Source: Balanoglossus misakiensis (taxonomy: Eukaryota > Animalia > Hemichordata). Taken from it: DNA of 64,000 nucleotides. This document shows positions 25,086 through 36,913 of the stretch, one piece after another. Location of the stretch: contig CM082583.2 of assembly GCA_040954595.2 (NCBI GenBank), forward strand, positions 5,702,849 through 5,766,848, written 5' to 3'. The first letter of the stretch is position 1. Every line of letters starts with the position of its first letter. The notes beneath the pieces are model-generated. The model did no database searches. It was given only the letters and a program-made list of their open reading frames with translations, and was not told the origin of the DNA. A program made the position numbers and the translations under genes.

Positions 25086-26135
25086 GCCACTGCCGATTGT
25101 GTGCATTTAAGATGGCGCCACCAAATTCATTAACACCTGTGGTGACCTGCCTCGTACGATAGTTTTAAAACATAATATTTCATAATGACACAACACGATA
25201 TGCCCACTATTATTCACACCGCTGTGATGACATTAGCAATAAATACCAAAACATAATAACAGTCCACATTCCACTTTGTATTCTGTTTCCGTAGCTTTTG
25301 TGACATAAATTGACAGGGTTGACCGCTATCTGGTTAATAATTTAAATCAGGCACCGGATGGATGGTGGGCAAGACAAAGCAATCTCGATCGGTCATAAAT
25401 TGCACCGAGTAACCAAACTCATACTTTACTGTATCTCATTTGTATTGCAAGTCTTAGTGGAGCGCAGTCTGAACTTCTGAACTTCTTGGTCTTATGACAG
25501 TTCAACATGAAGATAAAACGAGGGATATAACATTTACCGACCAAAGAATCGATGTGCAGAAGATACATGTATCCCAAATGAACTCGAACTGACAACTAGT
25601 TTTATTTTGCCCCATATCTCAATGCTTCTGTGACTTACATGTAAACATCGTGCTATCCGCTATTGTCATCAATAACTCTCGCGCACTATGGAAATATCCA
25701 AAATAAACCATAGACAATGGTCTAGCGCGGTGTTCCAAATCTTGGTAATGGCCGTCCCAAGCTCTATTACCACTCATGTACCGTGGCCCTCACCGGTGTC
25801 TCGGCCGAGAAAGGCACAGCACATGCAACCATCCAAGAACCGCATCAGCGAATGCAATGCACGGTGGTAAATTTCAAATTAAAGTTCCATTAAACTTTGA
25901 CATGTCTTGGAATAATTGCATCGATAATTGACAGCCAAATATTGCATTTGCCGCGTAACCAAGTGATATTACATGTTTAATGATCAATTTGTTCTCGGAA
26001 AGGCAGTGAAGCCTGAAAGTTAAATATTGATCGGGTGAAATAGGTAGTGCTGATTCCTTCCGATAACTGTCACGGCTCCAGAAACGAGATTAAGTGAAAA
26101 TTCTGGGTAGCAAATTGATTGAAAGTAAACAGAGC

Positions 26136-26270
26136 GTGGTGGTGTGGTGTGTTGTGGTGCGGTGTGGTGCAGTGCATTGTAGTATAGTGTAGTGTATTGT
26201 AGTGAATTGTAGTGTAGTCAGTGCAGTCCAGTGCAGTCTAGTGTAGTGTAGTGTAGTGCAGTGCAGTGCA
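26136..26270. repeat. Degenerate pentanucleotide repeat (GTGTG/GTGTA/GTGCA)
   Basis: About 27 units with 5-bp periodicity, directly visible. Confidence 0.9.
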
Positions 26271-27124
26271 CGGCGCTGGCCCAATGCTGATGTAATTGAA
26301 ATTCGTTGGGATATGTAATTGACCTGCGCAGCGAGAAAACGCGTACTGCACTCAGCTGTCTTTGTTCTACACCCCCGTCTTGTCGTCTAATGAACGCAGA
26401 GACAAACGACCTCTCCTTGGCCTGCCCGTGGCAAACTTTTTAATGCATTTCCCGTGAGAACCAGACTGCCGGCGGTCCCAATCTCCTATGCATATTTATG
26501 GACTTTAAACGAGTCAAAGAGGACGATGTTGTGGGCAATCTGTTCTCAAGTTGGTGCACATCCTCAGACTTGTCACAGGACCGAGATAATGTTACTACTT
26601 GAAAACAGTCCAACACTTCCTTAGCATGTATAATTTGCTTGAAATTAAGATGAAACACGTCTCATTTTTGCATTAGCCCGTTTCCTGCCAATGGGTCCCT
26701 CCTTGAGACTGTCTGCGTTCGACGGAGCCACTCTTGCGTCCGCGTCGCGTCCACCCACATACATGTACCAGCGTACGCATCTACGCATCATAACACTATG
26801 ATAATGGTAATTGGTCTAGCATCTTCAAAAGTGCGTCTGGTCCTCCTCATCTCCAATATTCTCGCACAGACAAGAATGAAGTTGGCCTGCCAAGGGAGGG
26901 CGGCGGTTTCGGCGCCTTCAAAACAAAACTTTGTTTTCCCGAAGGGTTATCATAAAATCATCACAAAGGCTTCTCGTGACCTTTGGCTGAAAAATACGAG
27001 CCGAAAAAATCTAAACCTAGCCGATTGAAAGTACTCGCTGTAAAAATAAAGAAGATTGAGTAGGCAAACTGCGTTCACAAGATAATGGAACGCCCCAGCA
27101 GCAAAACACAGGCGTTTATCCACC

Positions 27125-27300
27125 ATTCAATTCAATTTAATTCAATTAAAATCAAATCAACTCAATACATACATACATACATACATAGTTACGTACGTAC
27201 ATACATACATACATACATACATACATACATACATACATACATACATACATACATACATACATACATACATACATACATACATTACATACATTACATACAT
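27125..27300. repeat. Compound microsatellite: degenerate (ATTCA)n followed by (ATAC)n
   Basis: attca/atcaa units at 27125-27164, then (ATAC)n at 27165-27300. Source of the YIHT/MYVC pseudo-ORFs. Confidence 0.95.
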
Positions 27301-30300
27301 GTGAAAGTATTAATAGCGATTGAAGTAATTGGACATGTGACAATCAGTTGCAAAATACGTTACTGCACGTGTTCTCTCCAGAGAAATGACCTGACCTCAA
27401 TCGTAATTTAATAAATTGTCATGTCTGAGCGGAGAAAAACGTGTTCGACCTAAGATTGAAATATGAAGCAGGCAGACCCTCATCAATTGTCAAATCTGTC
27501 TTTATCAGTCACTCTTCATCACGTGTTTCCATATTCGTAACATTGGTACATTTGAATTGGCATACAATAAAGCAATATGAGCGTCTTTCAATAAAAAGGG
27601 AAAGAGAAATTTGTATTGAAGTGTTACTATTTGCTAAATGTTCCCCCTTTTATTGTTTCTATTATTTATCTTAATAATTTCTTTTTTTTTGTCCAAACAG
27701 GAACTGCCACCTGAATCCATGGTTAAGAGAATCACCTGTAGGACTGTGCCTCAATAGACGGTAGGTGGCCACGGGTGGATGAATACCGATCCGCCAAAAA
27801 ATCCATTCCATGCATGGTGTAATTTGCGCTTCCTTGCACGCGCCGTGTATTTTGAGTTTCTACGGAGACAAAAGCATTGACATTTCCCTCGCTGTCGATT
27901 TCACCGGTCCGCTCTCCAAACCACAGTTTCCATAAATGCAATGGGCGTATAATGTCTATCATGGCCCCGGGCACTTACACACAGGTATGGCCATAGTGTT
28001 TTTGTGCGTGATACTATACTGTAAAAAAAGATTCCCTCTCTTCAGCATACAGTTTCACGGGGGCGAATCATCAGTTAACGACCTCATTCTGCTCTTTGCA
28101 GTGCATCTTGGGAAGAAATCGTCCAGCAGCAACTGTCATCGCTCATCTTGAAGTGTGTACTGCATTGAACACAGCAACAACAACTTCAAAGTACGTGATA
28201 TTCTTTTTCTGTTTCTTAGATACATACATGTATACGTGTAGGGGTAGTTTGCGTGTTTTTGTCATTGTGTAACAAGTAAGACATCTGGCACTTGACGGCA
28301 CAGTGATAAAACTCATTGATCGAATCTTCAAGTAATAGTCGTTTCCGCCGGGTATTAATTTTGCAGTTTGTCGCGGGGTTTCGAAACGCCAAATCCCTTC
28401 ACAGGCCCCACTTCGAGGGTGCGGTGATGTAAACGCACATTTTAGGTGCTACTCAAAGTAAATGTGTGTGATATGACGCCCATAGCGATGCGCACTTAGT
28501 TTGAAAGTCAATTATTTTATTTTTCGTTCGACTGAGATGGACGATATCTAGATAGTTGTAAATATTCTTGGGTAGTGTGAATGTACACGGTACGTGTACT
28601 TCAAAGCGAGGCTGTCGTACCGTCTGTGGCCTATGGGTACTGCTGCGGACAATTTGTGGGAGTACCTAGGTCCCGCGTAAACGTAAATCAGAACTACAAT
28701 TTTCGTAAGATTGTATCACACTGTACACGATTGTAGGTTTATGCGTATTTTTATCACATTCTCGCGCTATATTGAATAGACTTGTTTCCCTGAAATCGGG
28801 AATAAATAATGCCGACGATGTATTTTATAAACAGAAAAGTCGCGCATGCGCGGTTCCGACGATCACTTCACTTCAATCTGATTCTGCCTTAGGACTATCA
28901 GACGCAATGTTTCTTCACGTATGCCACCTTGCCGCGTGCCCCCCCCCCCCACCCCAAAAAGGCGTAGGCTTATTGGACGAGACGCTTTTGCATATATGTC
29001 ATCAAACTACACAGCTTTCTCTGATGTCAGCGTCAGCCAAAGGCTTAAACTAGCTGTTTTACAAGGTTGCATTAACAGACAAATGACGTGCAGTGCACTT
29101 GAAGCTTCGACTGAAATAACGTTCGCTTCTCCAGCGGGGATTCTCAGGCTGTCTTCTGAGACAATCGGGCTCTGCCGACCGAGGCCAAAGTTCACTAATT
29201 GGTAGGCATGCTAAACGTACCGTCATCGATTGATTGGGTTGTATTGCTGTACAATGTGTATACTTACACGGCGACGCCTACACGATCAGGCAAAGGTAAT
29301 ATTTGCCAGGGAGGTCACAAGGTCGCTAAATATTTATTCAACCGAACCGGGAAACAGTGTTTTGCATCTGCACGACATCAGCGAAAAGGAGTACTGGCAC
29401 ACAAATTTGCAACTATGATCACATGTGTAGCCTTAGTGGCAGATAGCCTATTTTCAGTTTGACGCAGATTATTTTGGCGGAATTTAGCTGTTGTGGTGAA
29501 TTGATCCAAGTAGTCGCCCAGTTCACACTTTATCACACTGTTATCGATTTAACATGCAGTATAACGACGTGTTCAGAACGCGCGCTCTTATCCAGGATGC
29601 ATTTAATTGTTTGAAGAAAAGTCGTTCTTCGCGCGTGGAGTCTGCGCACGTTAATATACAGTCTCCAGCAAATATAATAGAGACGTCATCCTTCGAATTT
29701 GTCACGCACGACGAGGCCATTGAAATTATACATAGGACATGGTAATGTGAACAATTGAATGAGATACCAGATCTGAAGGTCGTTGCGAAAATAACGCTTG
29801 TACCAGATCCCATTTCAATTTTTATTTTAGTCTGCCCCCACAGTATGAATAAAATAATTGTACCTAACAAAGTTTCCAACTATATCGGATCACACCTTCA
29901 CGCGAGCTAGACCGTTCGTCTTGAAAGTGATGATTTTAGCTGTAAAACTATTAAACGTTCAATTTTGCCATTCTTGGCGTGGGTGGAGGTGGCCATTCTT
30001 AATGGCCGTTACTCATCTACAGGCAGGTGAAGTAATGGGCAATAAGATACATATAACAAACTGTGTCCGTATGACCAGGATAAAGTAAATCTGATTACGC
30101 TATATACAAACGCTTGATTCCAGCGAGCCGGCGGCTACACGAGTATTATGTTTAGAAATTTCTATAAGCTAGATAAACTTGGGTAAACAAAGACTAGTAT
30201 ACCACTTCCAGTCTATTTATATTTTTCCAACAAGGTCAGGTTCGAGTGTGTATATACGGTCGCGAAACACCATAACCCCCACGTCCATTTGATCTGCAGT

Positions 30301-33300
30301 AAACTACGGCCACGCCGTGAGTAAAATCATAACATGGAGTAATCTGTATAGCCTCAGCTCTCAGATGATGTTATCTTGAAACTAAGAACACTGACACTTT
30401 TTTATTATGTCACCAAATGACGTGGCATTTCATTGTTATCACACTTATGAAGTACCTGTTGAGTTTGACAGAACATTGCGGTCTCTGTCAGCGGTCGTAG
30501 TGACGATGTTCCTTGACATATATTTTTAAAGAAAGCAAGCTTAGTTTTTTCAGGCAAAAGTGCCAAAAATACAACTACATGTAGCTTTGAGCATAATATA
30601 ACCCAGCATATACGTCAGTCTGCCTTAATATTAACGCTAGGAAAATAAGCGCAAAGGAAAATGTAAGATGTTTCTGTTTACTTAACGACGTGTGAAACCC
30701 TTTGTCGCTAAGCGTAACTTTTGAGGCTTAATGTGAATAAGGCAGTGGACGTACATCCATAATATCCGGGGTTTATTACCCCCACCCTCCCCCCCAAAAA
30801 TCCAAGATAATCTGAACGTAAGACAAAATCCCTTGTCCAAGTTGCTCGATATAACAAAGCGGCCCTCTTAACGGTGCATACACTAATTGGTTTTTAGACT
30901 AACGCAACTGAGAGCGGCGCACGCAGCTTTTGCATCTCGACCTCGGCACGTACCCATCAGTTCATCGGAATTTCAAAGTCATATTAACAAAAGCGCGACA
31001 GCAACGCGGAAAGTCCTTGAAACGTTTGAATTTTGACATTTCGCGTCTTCACTCAGTCAGGGGAACCGCTCTCCTTTCACAGCATCGTCTGACAGAACTA
31101 TGTAATTCAACAAATTAAATGAACTGTCTTGAATTGGATTCAACTGATTTGAAAGACTCGCTGAATTATTCATCCCATGTTAGTATCTCACTGTGCGTAA
31201 CTATTCACCTTTTATCATGATGGAGAAGATAAACAGTCTGAGCCGTGGAGTTATGATGTAATAAACCTCTCGCCACAACCTATTCCGTAAATATAGTATA
31301 GCGAGTGCAGGCAGTTCAGAAATTATATATTTATTGTGATTAGGCATTTGTTGGAATGGCAGAACTGAATTATTGTTACTACGATAGGTACGCTATGCAG
31401 CTACCTCAAGTCAGACTGGGTCTTACAGTTCAGGTTAGCATTATGATAGAAAATGACGTAGTTTTGCACTGCGCGTGCGTTAAGACTCTGACAGACTCCA
31501 AGTCTGACGGAGGGTAGATTGGCATTCTATGTACAACATATTGACGGTATTGTTTTTATCATTTTAACAAATAAGACGTTTTAGAAGTTTGTTCAAACTT
31601 TCAATGTACGGGTATCGTGGTCCAAGGGCGAGAATACCGACAAGTGTATCGACGGACTCCGAGGAGGCTGATAAAACAATCGAGCTTATCGGATACCCAG
31701 GGTTTAGGACACCACTCAGATTTCAGAGATTCCATGTTCTTGCAATTAGCACTGAACGCCAACTTCTTTGGCTTGCTGCACTTTGTCATACACGGAACAA
31801 GTTCATCACTGCCTCCCGGCAGAGTTCCCGCGGAGAACACGCCGTTGAGACCGCAAAACTGAAATGTCCAAAGTTGAACGTTAAAACTTTAGCGGCGGGG
31901 AGACGAGGCGTCATAGTTTGTCCGTCACAAATCCCGTCTCGTTCAAAAAATCTACAAAAAATCAATACACACTGGCCCAGCCAAGGAGGGATTAAGACAC
32001 AAAGTAATTATACAGAATACCTTTCGATGCATATCGACTTTTCATTATCTGTTCTGCTGGGTGCATCATCCCTAAATCTTGTAATTAATTAGAACTCGGG
32101 CAAACGGGGCCTGGCCGGAGATTGCTTCTGGTTCGACTTCGCTATCGTTGTGCATTGAAAAAGCATCATGTGATCAGGAAATCGCCTCCACCGATCGATA
32201 CTGTCATTGTCCCGACCGTCAATTAAAATATGGTTGTTCCAAGAAGGATCCATTTCACCCCGTATTTTTCATTTGTGCGTGTATATGCTTTAACGTGACC
32301 CTAAACCGTGTTGAGCAATCGTTGATAATATTAGTCAGGTTGATGAAACAAAATATCCAGTGATTATATCTAAAAAGTCATTATAAACTTTCTTATTGTA
32401 CACCTACCGCCCTAAAGAGTATGGCGTCAGTGTACAGTATATTTCCGTATATTTGAATAACACGCGAAGCATTTGTTCGTGGTTTTGGTGATCATGGCGG
32501 TAGAGTCTTTGCTCCTCCCATTTTTCAATAAAACGGCATTATATGAACATTTAATCAAGGAAGGTGTACATGTATAATAGGATTATGCACAGCCTTGGCC
32601 TATTTTGCGAATATTATCTTTATATCGCGCTAATTAATTATCATTTGGCCGTGTTTATCGTGAGCTTATTGACTTAGTTTCGTTTATAGCTGAGCTTCCT
32701 TTTAGAAAATGACTTCCGCACAAGTAACGGTGTCGAAGCCAACTCGACTAGTCAGCGTATCCATGTACACGTACTTCCACGCGTCTGATTTCTGGGGTTT
32801 AGTCACGTATGTTCGCATATGTGTGGTCTAAGTCATTATATGGACTTTACTTCAATATCAAACCCTTTTTGCCGAAACATTTGCCGATGGCACTTATGTA
32901 GACAGACTTAACCACAACGGGAATACAGCTGGAAAAAAGAGACCCTAATATCCGATAAGCGGTATATTCTCGTCTCTTTAGTACCAATACCTGATTACCA
33001 GAACGTTCTTTCACATCTCGAAAGCAAAGAAATTTTCGCTATCACAAGTGAAGGCGTAAGCTTTTTTTTAAAAAAAAAGAAAAAAAAAAAGAAATGCACC
33101 CGACTGTTAGGTTAGCCAAGCAAGCGTGTGTTATCCACGGGTAAAATGTTTGCCTTTGGGAGGGATCGACTTAGCGCCCACGTCACAGACTACACTGTGC
33201 CTCGTTTCGACGCAGAGTATAGTTTACGCTAAATCCCCCATCAGCGGCTTGTTTTTTTCGGGGATTTAAACTGAAAATGGAACGGGAAACTCGATTCGAG

Positions 33301-33937
33301 TTGAAAAGGATGAAATAGAGGTTTCTAATTTGCAGATAACGCTCAGTTAATAAGATTACGCCTGGTGTGATAAGTTGGGGACGCACAAAGGCCTAGCCGA
33401 AGGAAATTCGGATCGTCAAGAGTATTAAGGCATTTAAAACCTGCCAAATACCACTATTTATATGCCGCTTACAACATTCACAAAATACGCACTAGTATTA
33501 TTAGTTTCTGCCGTGAAAGGGTACAGAGATAATGTGCGATGCTGGGATTTCCATAAAGTCTAAGTGACACGGGGAGAAAACGGCCGGGGTATTAACGGAA
33601 TAATATTACATTAAAGCAAAAGGAATAAAAGGAATGATTTTGTCTGCACAGTACTCCAGGCATAATATTCTCATAACGTTGGTTTATACGTTTTATGTTC
33701 AAGCGGTCATCTGGTAAATACCTCCAAATACCCGTTGGCCAGATAACAGTAATGGCACTAATAACATATTTTTATCGTGCTCGTAACTTTACCGCGCCAA
33801 CTGGTGCTCAGGAGAGAGGTCGCCCAACTAGTTTGTGGACGTTAAAAGTTTTACTGGGCAATTTTCAAGCGTTTTGTCACATTTCATTATACTATCCCCG
33901 TGCCTCCCGATTCTATGTTTGACAATGTTGCCGAGAG

Positions 33938-34000
33938 CGCCATTTTCTGGTCACGGCGTGACGTCAGAGGGTCAGGAGGTTAAGCTGCTATTTGATTGGC
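33938..34000. promoter_or_regulatory. Promoter/enhancer-like motif cluster (YY1, CRE, DR2-like, inverted CCAAT)
   Basis: CGCCATTTT at 33938, palindromic TGACGTCA at 33959-33966, GGGTCA-gg-AGGTTA at 33969-33982 and TGATTGGC at 33993, all within 63 bp. Confidence 0.4.
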
Positions 34001-36813
34001 TCATATCATGGTGAAATTAAGCTACGTTTAGAAGCGGCGTGCACACCTTCGTCAACGAGGAAATCCCGTCAACATCTTGCAAATTGATAGTGTTGTCACA
34101 ATTTGCAAAATGATGGATGTCTGGCCATATCCTCATGCTAAACCCTCTGGCTAGGCAGACGGGTAAAAAGCAATTTTGCAGGGATTTGGAAAACGCACAA
34201 TGCCCCGAGGAACGGTCTGACCACTGCGTAATATGTGCGTTGCCGAGATATAGCTTCAGTGCTTCTATGGTCCTGTCCTCCCCAAAAGCACCCTAGCTCC
34301 GGCGCTCTCCCTTGGCGTTTTGATTGGCAGCTTAATAAAACACTCCAACGTGGGCAACCTTCACTTCATAACCCCGCACAGATCCATCACCTCTATTAAA
34401 CACTTTAGGCGGGCTGGGGAATGAGAAATCATTTAATATGCACAACAGTCGGCGTCTTCCGGGTTTTCCTGTAATATCCATGGAGCAGTTTGCGTGCCCT
34501 ATCATCTCGATGCTCCATCGATCATTGGTATAACTATTTTGGGTCGGTGTCAACACGCGGGTTTCACCGTGGCAGACGTGTCCATGATGCTATTTGTTAA
34601 AGATGCGCAGATGTGACGAAATAAGTTGTTGTAACTAGCGGTTCTTTGTATCCTGCTCAACACTTTAATTTTTGTTCATTGAGAAGCCCGTGACAAAGTT
34701 GACTGTGGTGTATGTAAAACACGCTAGAACTAGTGTTATTCACATGTTTTGGGGATACGGATTTGTTTGCATTACCACGTAGCTTGCTTTGTTGCAAGAG
34801 GACCATTTCTTCGTTCAGGTTGAGATCCTATCAGCAAGTGATGGTTTTTATAGGTGGATATCATGTATGCCATTGACAGTTAGATCAAGCCCAGGCGATA
34901 CGAACCAAACTGTTTGTGATGTCAACAGACAGGATTAATGTGAGATTCTCCAGTGACGTATGTTATAGTGCATAATCACCGTTGGAGGAGAAAAATAAAA
35001 AACACAACAAAGACTGTTAAATTGAACAAATTGGAAACGTAAATTACGTCATTTTCCGCATTCCCTGCCCTGCCCTTTATCTGAGTTTCTTGCAGTTTAT
35101 TTCCGTAAAAAATTGTGTCCTTAAAAGCAATAATGATGAACAAAGAGCAGAGCCAAGGGGAGAAAACATCATGGATTTTACATAGATAACGGCTCCTTTT
35201 TTATTTACTCGATTTTCAGCCATTGCATATATATAATCGCATCGCGTTTGTCGATTTACAAATTAGAATCTGTAAACCCTTCCAGACGGTCACGTAATAG
35301 GGCCTTTTGAGGAGTAAGATGGGATTGGAAAATGTAGCGTTTAAGCGGTTATCGGCCGCGGCAGTCTGTATAAGCATAATTAAGGACAAAACCAACCTCT
35401 CTTTCTGCACAATACAGGAGTTGAATGTGCACGTCCGAATAAAAGTGTACACATTCGGGTTATGATCTCTTTTCGACTGTAATCTCACCGGTGAATTCGG
35501 GATACTTGTTATTTCATCCGTCCTATCTATCAGTTGACATTATGCTAATGAGCGTCTCATTACATCGGGAACGCGGACGTTAAACGTGTTTTAGAATTGG
35601 AGAATGATAACATCGAGTCACAGACTTCGCATTTTGACTTCGCGCGACAAATGCGATGTACCCACGGGCCTACAAGAACCTGTAATTCGTTTACAGGCTA
35701 AGAAGTCATTACACGGTCGGCTCAAAGCATGCGTGCAGCCAGCGCGCCTGATAATAGCCTGCAATCCGCGACCGACGAAAAGCAAAACAGCGAAAATCTA
35801 ATTCCTTAAACTTAAGCAGATCACACTGTATATAAAAATAATACACGGCGCTGTCGACCTATCGAGCTGGATTGTATACAACAGCGGACGCTTTTAACAC
35901 AATTTTGTCTTGTGATATGCGAGAGTTCCTTTAACTGTCTGAGTAAATTATCCTCAAACTTTATTGATTAAAGGAGAAATTTAATCGATACGAAAACTGC
36001 AGACCGTGCAATCAACACGTACTGTAATCAGCGATTTTGCACGAATCTGTTAGTAAGGCCCGGAGGAAAAAGTCTCAGCGGCTCCGTAATTAGGCAAAAT
36101 ACATCACGGACAGACTTATGCAAATAATACCACCGTCGGTAATTTTATTGGGTTTGATGAAACGCATGCGAAGTATATGGTCAAGGATTTACACCGTCTC
36201 CTCTCCTTCTTAAATTAGAACGTGTTTAAAGTGGAGGCTGGTTGTCAGAATTTATGCGGGGTAATTGCTCGGAAAATTTCTGATCAGGGTGGCATTATCG
36301 CGCTAGTTTTCCCGTGCAAACTCAATTGAAACCCAATCTAACGTCAGTTAATGAACGCGTGTCCGCGCATGCCAATAACTTCTGGGAGTTCAAGAAATGC
36401 GAGAGAAAAAAATCGCGAAGAACTTTTGCATTGTTTAAAAATACCCGGATTTGCATATTGCGCTGTCTTGTGCACCTTAGTGGTTTATTTGCATATCAAT
36501 TCGTGTCATGCTCACAATGCTGTTTTGCATATAGTTTGTTTTCGATCTGCCCGATGGGTGTTGGTGGGGAAAAAATACCGCCTGTCAGCACTGAGCCGAA
36601 GGGAACATTTTTTTGACAAATCGAGGGAAACTTCTCCGTGGGCAGGAAACGTGCTGAAGTGGAAGAGTGCTCTTAAGCGGCCCGTTTGATGTGTTCTGCG
36701 GAAGGGAATAGAACTGCTCCAAAAAAGTCGCGCACCACGAGACGTGATCGGACTGCAAATGCCGAGCGGCGGCGTGCACCCTCTGTATAACTTGCAAGTG
36801 GGACGACACAGGG

Positions 36814-36913
36814 CATAAAAAGACACGGCCACCAGACTGGCGCACTCAGCTCGAGAAAGGCAGCTGATGGCGATGCGATAAAATCCAATACCGTGACAGG
36901 AAATTCGGTGAGT
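36814..36913 (+). promoter_or_regulatory. Candidate TATA promoter with short first exon of an unidentified transcript
   Basis: CATAAAAAG at 36814, an Inr-like CACTCAG about 30 nt downstream, and the donor CG|GTGAGT at 36907/36908. Confidence 0.35.

Noticed and set aside
26172-26183. GTGCATTGTAGT, identical to the 5' half of miR-33
   Set aside because: It is embedded in a pentanucleotide repeat, lacks the 3' half, and forms no hairpin.
27085-27411. Repetitive-peptide ORFs (YIHT/MYVC; also 54411-54885 and 60698-60952)
   Set aside because: These are translations of microsatellites.
31589-32092. 167-aa ORF, and similar 130-180 aa ORFs at 15988, 19443, 36673, 40985 and 43065
   Set aside because: No recognisable domain, splice context or codon bias. 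Many use non-ATG starts, and such lengths can arise by chance in 64 kb.
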